Assembly (NCBI GenBank): GCA_041659505.1
Contig: JBAZYF010000004.1
Coordinates: forward strand, 14,922-78,921
From: Parcubacteria group bacterium
Lineage (GTDB): Bacteria > Patescibacteriota > Minisyncoccia > Moranbacterales > UBA2206
Direction of reading: 5' to 3'
DNA: 64,000 bases
Shown here: piece after piece, positions 8,948 through 18,680 of the stretch
How positions within the stretch are numbered: position 1 is the first letter of the stretch
Layout: every line of letters starts with the position of its first letter
The notes under the pieces: model-generated
Seen by the model: the letters and a program-made list of their open reading frames with translations, nothing else
What the model was told of the DNA's origin: nothing
The model's database searches: none
Program-made: the position numbers and the translations under genes

Positions 8948-10708
8948 TTATTCTACTGCCAGTCCGGTCGGAGATGTTGGCGAAGTGGTATCGGCTTCGC
9001 CTCGGAGTGGATGAGGATAGGTGTATGGCGTGTAATAAACAGACCAGGCATTTCCATTCCATTTATAAAGCGTTCCTGAAATATCATCACTCCTATTTTC
9101 TGAACCGACGCCTTTGGCCCCAATCAGAGTTGAGACATTGGAACAAGATTGATTGGTGACCCAAAAACCAACTCCTACATTAGTTCCGCTGCCTGGATTG
9201 ATCGCGTTCATTTGCGCCAATGTCCCGCAACCTACACCAGATGTTCCGTCGAAACTACTGGTATAATTCCAATAATCAACATTTTGAGTGATCGTATACG
9301 GCGAACCGACTGAAGCATCACTACAAAAATCAAAACCTTTTGTCATCGGCATCAGGCTGCCGCCGGAATAATTGATCCAGGTATATGTATTTTGGACATG
9401 TTGAGAATAGTTTGATCCGTCATTTTGACCGGCAGGATCCTGGCAGGAATCGCAAGAATATTGATTATAGGTAATCGTCGGTTTGTAATATGAATCATTA
9501 TCGTTATAAAACATCAATAACCAACTGCCGCGATGTGCTATCCAATTTGAAAAAGCCGGAGCGTTGACTATTTTGTTTCCATATACTTCCAGCTTGATAT
9601 TGGACCATTCTTGGCAATTGATATAAGTTGGATCACACAAATCATGTCCCTCATAACCGCAATCCCAATCCCTGCCCACCCGGTAGGAATCTCCGGACGC
9701 ATTGGCTGAACCCATAGCGTTAAAATGCAAAGTGTCATTGGTATTGGTCGTGGTAGTAATAGATGTGATCAAATCATATTGCCCCTTAGTTGTGTTATAA
9801 ACCAACGTACCGACTTTTGCTCCCAGCGCAACAAAATTTTTGGCAGTATCAATCAAAGTAGTTGTTGATCCACCCGTAGCCGTTCCAGTCGTGACGAGTG
9901 ATGATTTCATCGATTGCAAGCCATGATTAACCCAAAGACCGGATAGAGTGGCATTGGTCAAATCTTCAGTATTGTACCGAAACACCAAACCAGGCGAACC
10001 TTGCCCGTCATCAAAAAGCCCTCCTTCCATGGTTGTGGTCAAACTGACTAAATTGTCCTCTACAAATAATCCTACGTCCGTTCCGTATTCTCTCGGAACA
10101 ATTCCCCATGAAATGCTGTCATTTCCGCTCGGCCTGACCAGATAATCAACATTTATGAAATGATTCAAATAAATTACACCGTAGACTGGGCCATCCACCA
10201 TTATCATCGTTCCGTTAACTCCGCTATTTTGCAATATATTATTATGAATTTTAATATTGGATATTGCGTTGCTATTGCTTGAATTTATTATCCGCAATGA
10301 GCCTTGAGCTTTATAGGTTGAATCGCCATCCAAAGTAAATCCACTAAACTCAAAGGTCGCATCTGAAGTAATAGAATCCAGGTCGGGATAGTATAAAATT
10401 TGTCCTCGGTCAGTCGCGCCAGCAGCAATGATTTTAGTTGTTCCGCCGATTCCGCCTTCCAGCGCTATGCCTTTGGTAATATTCAATAAATGGCCATAGC
10501 CGTCGGCTCCTGTTGTTTCCGTCGACCAAGTAGCTGTTCCGGCACAAACTTGAATTGTGTCTCCCTTGCTAGCCGCTGCCACGGCCGCAACAACTGCAGG
10601 TTGAGCAGGGCCAACACAAGCCGCCAAAGAATTCCCAGCCACCCCAAAAATACCGCCAAAGATTATTGCAAGAAAAATAATTTTTAATTTTAATTTGTCA
10701 TTTTGCAT
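8948..10708 (-). CDS. Secreted beta-helix-like protein, array member 2
   Basis: Start reassigned to MQNDKLKLKI (10708) by comparison with paralogs; C-terminus YTYPHPLRGEADTTSPTSPTGLAVE; paralog of member 3 with a Thr-rich insertion. Confidence 0.75.
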   Translation of the reverse strand: MQNDKLKLKIIFLAIIFGGIFGVAGNSLAACVGPAQPAVVAAVAAASKGDTIQVCAGTATWSTETTGADGYGHLLNITKGIALEGGIGGTTKIIAAGATDRGQILYYPDLDSITSDATFEFSGFTLDGDSTYKAQGSLRIINSSNSNAISNIKIHNNILQNSGVNGTMIMVDGPVYGVIYLNHFINVDYLVRPSGNDSISWGIVPREYGTDVGLFVEDNLVSLTTTMEGGLFDDGQGSPGLVFRYNTEDLTNATLSGLWVNHGLQSMKSSLVTTGTATGGSTTTLIDTAKNFVALGAKVGTLVYNTTKGQYDLITSITTTTNTNDTLHFNAMGSANASGDSYRVGRDWDCGYEGHDLCDPTYINCQEWSNIKLEVYGNKIVNAPAFSNWIAHRGSWLLMFYNDNDSYYKPTITYNQYSCDSCQDPAGQNDGSNYSQHVQNTYTWINYSGGSLMPMTKGFDFCSDASVGSPYTITQNVDYWNYTSSFDGTSGVGCGTLAQMNAINPGSGTNVGVGFWVTNQSCSNVSTLIGAKGVGSENRSDDISGTLYKWNGNAWSVYYTPYTYPHPLRGEADTTSPTSPTGLAVE

Positions 10709-10725
10709 TTTTATTTTTACACTTT

Positions 10726-12264
10726 TTAATTTACCATGAGTCCTGTCGGAGAAGTCGGAGAAATAGTATCCTCTCCGCCTCTCAGTGGATGTGGGTAGGT
10801 ATATGGTTGATAATAGAGCGTCCAAGTATTCGGTGCTGTGCATTTATAAAATCTTCCGGCTTGTGTATATGTTTTCATATCACCCATTTCTTCAGGGACT
10901 TCAGAGCAAGGCGAGTAGGAAGTCTGCCAATAGCCGTCGCCAATTGCACAAGAACTTGTCGGGACAGCACTTCCACAATTGATCCCCTTTTGCACATTGC
11001 CATCTAAAGTATTGGGATTATAATTCCAATAATCCACATTTTCCGTAATAGCATATGGTGAACCGACTGCATAATGCGCGCAATTGTCTTCCGAGACATA
11101 GATCGGGCGATTAGTACCATTGCCCAAATTATTCCAGACATAAGTATTTTGGACATGCATCGAGTATCTAGTTCCAGTTCCATTCTGGCAACTATCGCAA
11201 GAATATTGATAAATATCAGGAAGTGGCATATGCCCCGTTCCTGTTACTACATTATTGAACATCAGCATCCAACTACCCCGCAAACGCATCCATTCTTGCG
11301 GCGTGCTATAAGGATTGTAAAGATTAGAATGGATATTCCCGTACCACTCTGTTTTTATCTGCGACCACTGCTCACAACTTCGTCTTTCTGGATAACAAGA
11401 ATTGGGAACATTAAAAGGCGCATAGCCACACTGCAAATTCACAAAGCTATCATTATCATCTGTTGTCATGCTTTGCAATCCATGCAAATCTTGCCACTGA
11501 TTTCCATCCAAAAGCACTTGTCCCAAATCATATGTGTTATAGCGAATAATCATACTTCCACCCTGTCCAGCTGAAAATGCACCAGCCGATGGAACCGTAG
11601 TTGCCGATATCACATTATCTTCAAAGAAAAAATTATTGCCCGTGCCATATTCCCGTTGCCCCAGATCCCAAGATTTTTCATTACGTCCCTCTTCCCGAAT
11701 GACCGTTTCGCATTCGATAAATGTGTTGGCATATGCCACGCCATAGACCGGTCCGTTCAAGTTGATTGTTTCCTGGCGTTCATTTTTGAAAATATTGTCA
11801 TGGATTTTTATATTCGACAACGGAGTTGTTCCCGAATTACTGACATCCAGCACTCCTTCGTAATAAGTTATGTTATTTGCATCAACAGTAAACCCACTAA
11901 ATTCAAATGGAGTGTCGTTGGAAATTGAAGTCGTGTCAGGTTCGTAAAGAATCGCTCCATATGGCGCAGCGCCAGCAAGAGTTATGCTTGTCGTTCCGCC
12001 TATGCCACCTTTCAAATTAATTCCCTTTTTCATACACAACGCTGTGTTACCAGCGCATCCTTGCACTCCGGCCGTCCAAGTTGCGCTTCCCGCACAAACT
12101 TCCACTGTATCTCCATAAGTTGCGGCGACCACAGCAGAAACCACAGCCTCCTGAGCCGGTCCCACGCAAGCCGCCCAAGATTTCTCCGCCATACCAAAAA
12201 TACCGCAAAAGATTATCGTGAGAAAAAATATTTTTAGTTTTAGGTTTTGGATTTTGAAATTCAT
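10726..12264 (-). CDS. Secreted beta-helix-like protein, array member 3
   Basis: Shared signal peptide, mature start ACVGPAQ, C-terminus YTYPHPL...SPTSPTGLMVN. Confidence 0.75.
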   Translation of the reverse strand: MNFKIQNLKLKIFFLTIIFCGIFGMAEKSWAACVGPAQEAVVSAVVAATYGDTVEVCAGSATWTAGVQGCAGNTALCMKKGINLKGGIGGTTSITLAGAAPYGAILYEPDTTSISNDTPFEFSGFTVDANNITYYEGVLDVSNSGTTPLSNIKIHDNIFKNERQETINLNGPVYGVAYANTFIECETVIREEGRNEKSWDLGQREYGTGNNFFFEDNVISATTVPSAGAFSAGQGGSMIIRYNTYDLGQVLLDGNQWQDLHGLQSMTTDDNDSFVNLQCGYAPFNVPNSCYPERRSCEQWSQIKTEWYGNIHSNLYNPYSTPQEWMRLRGSWMLMFNNVVTGTGHMPLPDIYQYSCDSCQNGTGTRYSMHVQNTYVWNNLGNGTNRPIYVSEDNCAHYAVGSPYAITENVDYWNYNPNTLDGNVQKGINCGSAVPTSSCAIGDGYWQTSYSPCSEVPEEMGDMKTYTQAGRFYKCTAPNTWTLYYQPYTYPHPLRGGEDTISPTSPTGLMVN

Positions 12265-12297
12265 TTGGAATTTGTCCGCCAGCTGGCGGATTAAAAT

Positions 12298-13917
12298 TTA
12301 TTCCACTGCCAGCCCCGAAGGCACAGTAGGCGGCGTCGTGTCACTTTCTCCAGAAACATATTCATAGGCACCAATGTCCCAGAGACCAGAGGATGGACGA
12401 GCGACGCCGTTTTTGTCAAAACAAATCTCCGGTGTTTCTGAGCACAATGCAGTCAGATTAAACCCGGCGCTGATGGCAGCTGATCCGACGCCCAACGTAC
12501 CGTTCGCTTGAAGGTTGAGAGCGGAAACTGTCGGCTGACTACCATGCTGGTCAAAACCACATTCTCCGGCCGGATAGACGCCGACCGTATTCCAGTTACT
12601 AAAGGAATAGATGGCGCCGGTTTGATTGGACCAGTTATCAGCGTCTCCGCAATAGAAATTATAGTCAATAGCAGACAAGTCCGGCCAAGGAATTTCCGAT
12701 CCATAAAGAGAAATGAAAGTGCCGGCATCATTTCTGATCAAATTGTTTTTGACAATTGTTGTCCCATCGGGATCAGTAAGACTAATTCCTATTCCACCAA
12801 CCCCATTGTCAATTATGGTATTATTGACCACCAAAAGATTAGTAAGCAGGTCATGATTCCAAGCGCCTGTAACGATCCTCCCATTGGCGGGATAATTTAT
12901 CGGGTCATAAGACGAGATGAAAAGATTGTTGAATATCTTATACCCGTCCATGATACACCCCTCTCCGCCATCAGGATTTAAGAATATGCCAAAGCTAGTT
13001 GTGTGGCTATCTACTGACGGATATTTGGAATAATAACCGTCAAAATAGTTGTCATAGATTTTGACATTAGACGATGTGCCGCTACAGAAGGCGTGGATTC
13101 CGTTGTGATGATAGAAATTGGACGGCTCGTCCCAATTATAGCAATCGCTCATTTCATTATCGTGGATCGAGCTGTTGCTAGAAGCTCCGATTTTGATGTG
13201 CCGATTGATATATTGGCTGTAATTGTTTTTCACCTCTGTTCCGCTGCCAGAAATATAAACCGCGCATTCAGCGTTTTTGATCGTGTTACTGTAAATCGTA
13301 TTATTATCCCCTGTCGTTACGATTCCTGTCGCCGTATAAAAATCTCCGTCATCAGTATTGGCAATATGTATCTGAAGATTTTCGATGTCCATTTTAGTAA
13401 CGCTGCAGTGGGAGCCAGCTACATTAATACCTGTACCTTCTGATTGGTAGGCGCAAGTCCCGCCAGGACAAGCTTGGCCAATGGTACCATCCAGAGTCGC
13501 GACGATTTTCCCGTTCGTACCGCCATCTACATTAACATAGTTGTGAGAAATATAAATTGCTCCCGTGGCATTTGGCCAAGCCGGAGAAGTCAAAACAGCA
13601 TCCGTTTCGAATTTGACCGTGATCGGTGCGCCGAATGAGCCATCGCCAGCCGAAGTGATCGCGTTAGTATTATAGGGCTCCGTTATGGTGCCGCATATGT
13701 GCAGTGTATTCCCAGCGATCCAATTGGAAGCATTATTAATACCATAATAAGAATCACCCAAGTCATAGGCATTGGCACAGTCTGTCCCATTCTCACTGCC
13801 TGCTGCCGATGAAGCAAAATAAACATCCGCCGCGAAAGACTCTCCTGCCATTCCAAAAACCCCGCAAAAAAGAATTGCAAGAAAAATAATTTTAAATTTT
13901 AATTTGTAATTTTGCAT
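12298..13917 (-). CDS. Secreted right-handed beta-helix protein with DIGAYE (choice-of-anchor Q-like) end, array member 4
   Basis: Shared signal peptide, G.NGTDCAN motif, IFNN/VVNNT/VKNN repeats, C-terminus WDIGAYEY...DTTPPTVPSGLAVE. Confidence 0.75.
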   Translation of the reverse strand: MQNYKLKFKIIFLAILFCGVFGMAGESFAADVYFASSAAGSENGTDCANAYDLGDSYYGINNASNWIAGNTLHICGTITEPYNTNAITSAGDGSFGAPITVKFETDAVLTSPAWPNATGAIYISHNYVNVDGGTNGKIVATLDGTIGQACPGGTCAYQSEGTGINVAGSHCSVTKMDIENLQIHIANTDDGDFYTATGIVTTGDNNTIYSNTIKNAECAVYISGSGTEVKNNYSQYINRHIKIGASSNSSIHDNEMSDCYNWDEPSNFYHHNGIHAFCSGTSSNVKIYDNYFDGYYSKYPSVDSHTTSFGIFLNPDGGEGCIMDGYKIFNNLFISSYDPINYPANGRIVTGAWNHDLLTNLLVVNNTIIDNGVGGIGISLTDPDGTTIVKNNLIRNDAGTFISLYGSEIPWPDLSAIDYNFYCGDADNWSNQTGAIYSFSNWNTVGVYPAGECGFDQHGSQPTVSALNLQANGTLGVGSAAISAGFNLTALCSETPEICFDKNGVARPSSGLWDIGAYEYVSGESDTTPPTVPSGLAVE

Positions 13918-13928
13918 TTTTACACTTT

Positions 13929-15431
13929 TTAATTTACCATAAGTCCGCTAGGAATATTTGGCGGAGTAATGTCAATTTCTCCTTGCAACGGATGTGGATA
14001 GGCGTAAGGAATATAATTCCAACTTGTTTTCGTTCCACAATCAATCGACGGATCGTGATAACAAAAATCTCTATCTTGAGCAAACCACGCACTGTCCCCT
14101 GCGATAGTCGCAGAATCATTACACGCGCCACCCGTCGCACAAGTTGCCGTAGTCCCATTATTATACCAATAGACTGGGGAGGGATATTGATTCCTTCCTC
14201 CAGCTCCATACTCCTGACCCCAGCCCGTCTGATCCCGACAAGGATAGCCATTTCCTCCACTGCTTCCATCTACATTATCCACAGTAGCAAGGCAAATTGC
14301 GCTCCCATCTGTACCGATAGGACAATCCGAATTACTCGTACAAGCTACTATGCACGATCCACTTGCACTTCCATAACAGTCTCCATCGCCTGAGCATACT
14401 GCATGGTTTCCACCGCTGCAATGCATAAAAGTAGGAGTATTACAAGCTCTTACTATTGCTCCTGTGCAAGCCGCACCCAAAAATCCAGACCCAACAGTTG
14501 CGCGCCAAACTTGGGCGAAACCCGGAGTCCAAAAATCGCCAGTAATCGTGTTGTCGTACACAATCGCACCCCCGCCCCGCAGAGCAACAGCTGTTAAATT
14601 ATTACAATTACCCCCGACACAATTTATTGTATTGTTGTAGACTTCTGTCATTCTTTGACCGCGCGCAGCAGGAGTGCTCCCCGTATCATGCATCTGGATA
14701 TCACCACCGTTAATAATATTATGCCTCACAACCAGCCTGACGCCATGCTCAGTGTCTGTCAGATCACCGTTAGCACCACCTGTCCAAGTGAAGGTCGAGT
14801 CTTCGATAAAAATAGCCCAATCAGTGCCATACTGATCTGCACTTTGCCAAGTAGAATTATTGCCAGCTATCTTAAGAAGCCTTGACCATTGATTGCTTAG
14901 AAGGGTGATATGATCAAACAACGCCTTTGGATGAGATGGGATGAGCCACCATGGATCAATCGTGAAAGCGTGTCCATTAATGTTGGTAAATTTTAGATGA
15001 TCCGCTCGAAGAGAATTCCAGATTGTGCTTTCATCCCCACTCAGGCGGATAAGTTGTTCTTCTAGCCCTCCACCGCCACCCACAGTTCCTGCAAACCCCA
15101 GATCGGTAATTCTAAAATTCGCCCCACTTGTAAGCGAAACGCTGAACAAGGTTGTATTATTAGCCGTCAAGGTTGTGGCATCGCTTCCATTGCCTTTTAT
15201 TGTTATCCCCTTTGTCACCGAGACATAAGACGACCATGTCGCCGATGTGCAGTTAAGATAGACCGTATCACCAGCAACAGCAGCATCAACAGCAGACTGA
15301 ACATTCGCTTGGGAACAGTTTGTCACATTAATTATCGTAGCTTGAGAATTTTCCACCAATCCAAAAATCCCGCCAAAGATAATTGCCAACAAAAATATTT
15401 TTAGTTTTAAATTGTCATTTCGCATTTTCAT
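13929..15431 (-). CDS. Secreted beta-helix-like protein with Cys-rich insertion, array member 5
   Basis: Shared signal peptide, GYPCRDQTG motif, C-terminus YAYPHPL...PPNIPSGLMVN. Confidence 0.75.
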   Translation of the reverse strand: MKMRNDNLKLKIFLLAIIFGGIFGLVENSQATIINVTNCSQANVQSAVDAAVAGDTVYLNCTSATWSSYVSVTKGITIKGNGSDATTLTANNTTLFSVSLTSGANFRITDLGFAGTVGGGGGLEEQLIRLSGDESTIWNSLRADHLKFTNINGHAFTIDPWWLIPSHPKALFDHITLLSNQWSRLLKIAGNNSTWQSADQYGTDWAIFIEDSTFTWTGGANGDLTDTEHGVRLVVRHNIINGGDIQMHDTGSTPAARGQRMTEVYNNTINCVGGNCNNLTAVALRGGGAIVYDNTITGDFWTPGFAQVWRATVGSGFLGAACTGAIVRACNTPTFMHCSGGNHAVCSGDGDCYGSASGSCIVACTSNSDCPIGTDGSAICLATVDNVDGSSGGNGYPCRDQTGWGQEYGAGGRNQYPSPVYWYNNGTTATCATGGACNDSATIAGDSAWFAQDRDFCYHDPSIDCGTKTSWNYIPYAYPHPLQGEIDITPPNIPSGLMVN

Positions 15432-15442
15432 TTTTACACTTT

Positions 15443-16990
15443 TTAATCTACCATAAGTCCGCTCGGTGCTCCGGGCGCAGTCATATCACTTTCTCCAGAA
15501 ACATATTCATAGGCGCCAATGTCCCAGGCACTGCCTTGCGGACGAGGGACACCTAAATTGTCTGCTGTGAAATAGGAGGACAGGGAAACGCCGTGATCCT
15601 TAGCAACCACATCTGTTGCAGTCGACGCATAATTCGCATCCAGTGTTGGCTGACTGACTGTGCTGTGCGCATCAAAATTGTAGCCATGACTGGCGGTAGC
15701 TGCTTTCCAACCAGCAAAATCATATTGCGCCCAACTACCGTAAGAAAAAACTCCATCTCCGTAATATACATTATAATCACACTGCGCTACTGCATCATAA
15801 TCATAAGGTTCCACAACAAAGGAGGTGTTGTAAATCAGATTATTTTTAATAATATGCCCGATGTCCATCCCTCCACCCCAACCACCGACTTGCAATGACA
15901 ATCCCCCATCTAAGCCGATGAAAGTATTATTTGCCACAACGGCATAATTACTGCCCTTTAAATTCATCAATCCATTTCCGCAAGCACCATCAGGATCAAC
16001 TTCTTTGACTAAAACATTATTATAAATCTCGGGAGAATAAATATAGCCTTCCAGAAAAACCAATGCGGTTGAATTTGTTCCACACATTCCTGAAAAGTTA
16101 TTTGAATATATTTCCAATCCCTCTAGTCTCGATCCCTCATGCACCGCCCAAGCATGAATTAGGTTTGTGTGAATTTCCGGCGCACCGCTCCATTTGCGAC
16201 TTTTATGGAAAGTGTTGTCGTGAATTTGCACATCAGACATTGTTTCGTTGGTATTTTGCGAACCGACCGTCACACAACTGTGTCCGCAATCATCACAAAC
16301 ATTTCCGCTGATTTCTGCACCACTCGAACCGGCGCGATAGCCAATATACATTCCATTAGATGCGTCTTTCAAAATATTGTCCTGTAACGTTAGGTTGGTA
16401 GAAATTCCATCAAACCCGATGCCGATACAAATATTATTGGCATCCGTTCCTTCCACTCTTTCATACAACGGATAAACGGCTAAATTTTTAACTGTAACAT
16501 TCGAACCGTTATTGAAAAATACTCCGGCTATGTCGTACTGAAAAGTTCTGGCCGTCCCGTTGTCCGTTGCTTCAATAAGGCCGTTGGTTCCGCCATCAAT
16601 TGTGATGTAGGATTTGTTACTTCCATAAATCGCCGCATCCCCATTGCTTCCACTTTGGTACCAATGATTTTTGGACATTTTCGCGCCAGTTTCAAAGAAT
16701 ATGGTAATGGGACTCTCTGACGTTCCCGATCCTTGGATTGTGATTGGGGATGAAAAAGTTCCGCAAAGATGCGCGGTGTCTCCAGCACTGATTTTATTTG
16801 TGCCACTTCCCCAATTGCCAGAAGTGTTGAGCCATGAGACCGAATGCGCATTCACGCAATCCGCGCCAGTATCGGAGCCTGATACATTTTGAGCAATATA
16901 CAACTCTTCCGCGTGAGAATCCTCCATCAATCCAAAAATTCCGCAAAAAAGCACTACCAGAAAAAACATTTTTAGTTTTAGCTTTTGCAT
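15443..16990 (-). CDS. Secreted right-handed beta-helix protein with DIGAYE end, array member 6
   Basis: Start reassigned to MQKLKLKMFF (16990); paralog of member 4; C-terminus WDIGAYEYVSGESDMTAPGAPSGLMVD. Confidence 0.75.
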   Translation of the reverse strand: MQKLKLKMFFLVVLFCGIFGLMEDSHAEELYIAQNVSGSDTGADCVNAHSVSWLNTSGNWGSGTNKISAGDTAHLCGTFSSPITIQGSGTSESPITIFFETGAKMSKNHWYQSGSNGDAAIYGSNKSYITIDGGTNGLIEATDNGTARTFQYDIAGVFFNNGSNVTVKNLAVYPLYERVEGTDANNICIGIGFDGISTNLTLQDNILKDASNGMYIGYRAGSSGAEISGNVCDDCGHSCVTVGSQNTNETMSDVQIHDNTFHKSRKWSGAPEIHTNLIHAWAVHEGSRLEGLEIYSNNFSGMCGTNSTALVFLEGYIYSPEIYNNVLVKEVDPDGACGNGLMNLKGSNYAVVANNTFIGLDGGLSLQVGGWGGGMDIGHIIKNNLIYNTSFVVEPYDYDAVAQCDYNVYYGDGVFSYGSWAQYDFAGWKAATASHGYNFDAHSTVSQPTLDANYASTATDVVAKDHGVSLSSYFTADNLGVPRPQGSAWDIGAYEYVSGESDMTAPGAPSGLMVD

Positions 16991-17057
16991 TTTATTAAAA
17001 AATAAATTGCTACCAGTGTTACTTACCTTGTTACGTAACAAGGTACTTACTCCAGTT

Positions 17058-18566
17058 TTAATCTACGCTCAATCCGCTCGGTGAAACTGGCGGAGTGATA
17101 TCAGTTTCTCCTTGTAATGGATGCGGATAAATATATGGGGTGTAATCAACGTAAGCGTTATCGCCCGTAGCCGAAAAAATCATATCACCTGCGTTAGGAT
17201 AGACACTATCATCGGTCGGATAACTAGCTGATGCGCCATTTTGCCCAATGAATGTTTCCTTACCGTGAGTGCAAACATTTCCATGTCCATCAGTCGTGTC
17301 TCCTGCTGCGCAGGGAGCGTGGAGGAAATAGTCGCGATCCTGGCGCAGAAACGGGTTGGATGTCGTGACAAGTTCATCACCACAAGTACCAGTTCCACTT
17401 CCCGTGCAACAAGCCATCGGAACACCATTGCCGGTACAGTCATAGTTGGTCGGGTATGTCCCGATAGAGCCAACCAGGCCATCATTAAAATCATGCCCGG
17501 CATAAATATTATCCCAAACAAAAGTGTTATGCACCTGATCTTCTGCTGGCCAAGCAGTTCGATGTATTGACCAATTATCACTAATATATTCTTCTTCGGA
17601 AAAATATATCCGCGGATTATTACTTACTATACTTGAAATGGAGTTATTATAAACTAAATTTGCTGAACCACGGGAGATAAACATAAAATCGATCCGTTTT
17701 CCATGTTCGATATTATTATAAAACTCAATGACAGATTGGCCTCTTCGCTGGCAAGAACTGGCTTCCCAATAGCCTGCTCCACCACAACCACCATCCGCGC
17801 TTCCGTGCGCCATGAAAGGCGTGCAAGTTTCCAGGCCATCCGGCACATTATCACAATCAAACTCATTATACCTTACAACTAATTTTCCACCATTATTTGT
17901 GCCGATTTGTTCTTGAGTATACCCCAGAGTATAATTTGCATCAGAAACAAAATGATTGTCTTCGATAAAAATTGCGTCCACAGTGCCAGCTGCCAGCGAA
18001 ACCCAAGCGGCATCTGCATTGGTTCTACTACCGGCGCTTATCACAACTCCTTGGATTGAATTATGAAAGTAGTTATGATCAATTAGGCCTTTTATATGAT
18101 CAAACACTATGGCCTTGTTCCCATAGTAAAAAGTATTATTGTCGATTCTAATATTTCCCCCATCTACTCCGCCCTGCATATCGTGCACATATACAGCGGT
18201 GGCAGGAGTCCAATCCATCATTTGAAAAGTAAAGCCACTGACACGAACAAGGCTACTGGCGGTAAAACCGGTAATGTTGAAAAAGCCATTACTCATAGCG
18301 CCGTCAGAGATTAAATTCGTATTGTTACCTGAAATTGTCAAAGCCTTGCTGACCGTAAACGCTGATGACCAAGTACACACCGTAAATGCAGGAAAAACAA
18401 TCGTGTCTCCACTCGAAGCAGCATCGTAGGCTGACTGGGCGTTTTCCAATGAGCAGTCCCCGTCACCATAATCCGCAATATTTATAGTTGCCGCAAAAGA
18501 ATTTTTTACTAATCCGAAAACCCCGTAGAAAAAAATTATGAGAAAAAAGATTTTTAGTTTTTGCAT
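17058..18566 (-). CDS. Secreted beta-helix-like protein, array member 7
   Basis: Shared signal peptide; long blocks identical to member 1 (PFMAHGSADGGCGGAGYWEA); C-terminus YIYPHPL...PPVSPSGLSVD. Confidence 0.75.
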   Translation of the reverse strand: MQKLKIFFLIIFFYGVFGLVKNSFAATINIADYGDGDCSLENAQSAYDAASSGDTIVFPAFTVCTWSSAFTVSKALTISGNNTNLISDGAMSNGFFNITGFTASSLVRVSGFTFQMMDWTPATAVYVHDMQGGVDGGNIRIDNNTFYYGNKAIVFDHIKGLIDHNYFHNSIQGVVISAGSRTNADAAWVSLAAGTVDAIFIEDNHFVSDANYTLGYTQEQIGTNNGGKLVVRYNEFDCDNVPDGLETCTPFMAHGSADGGCGGAGYWEASSCQRRGQSVIEFYNNIEHGKRIDFMFISRGSANLVYNNSISSIVSNNPRIYFSEEEYISDNWSIHRTAWPAEDQVHNTFVWDNIYAGHDFNDGLVGSIGTYPTNYDCTGNGVPMACCTGSGTGTCGDELVTTSNPFLRQDRDYFLHAPCAAGDTTDGHGNVCTHGKETFIGQNGASASYPTDDSVYPNAGDMIFSATGDNAYVDYTPYIYPHPLQGETDITPPVSPSGLSVD

Positions 18567-18680
18567 TTTTTATACCTAAAAAACAGTTTATAAACTATCC
18601 TAATTATAGCAAAAAATCACAAAAAAATAAACCTCGTTTTCACGAGATTTAAATCAATAATCAAAATAGAAAAATGTTTC

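Noticed and set aside
10709-10843. N-terminal extension of ORF 8948..10843
   Set aside because: It overlaps the upstream gene's 3' end; the paralog-like signal peptide starts at 10708.
7515-18566. Diversity-generating retroelement, shufflon or CRISPR explanation for the array
   Set aside because: No reverse transcriptase, adenine-specific TR/VR pair, invertase, inverted cassettes or repeat-spacer periodicity was seen.
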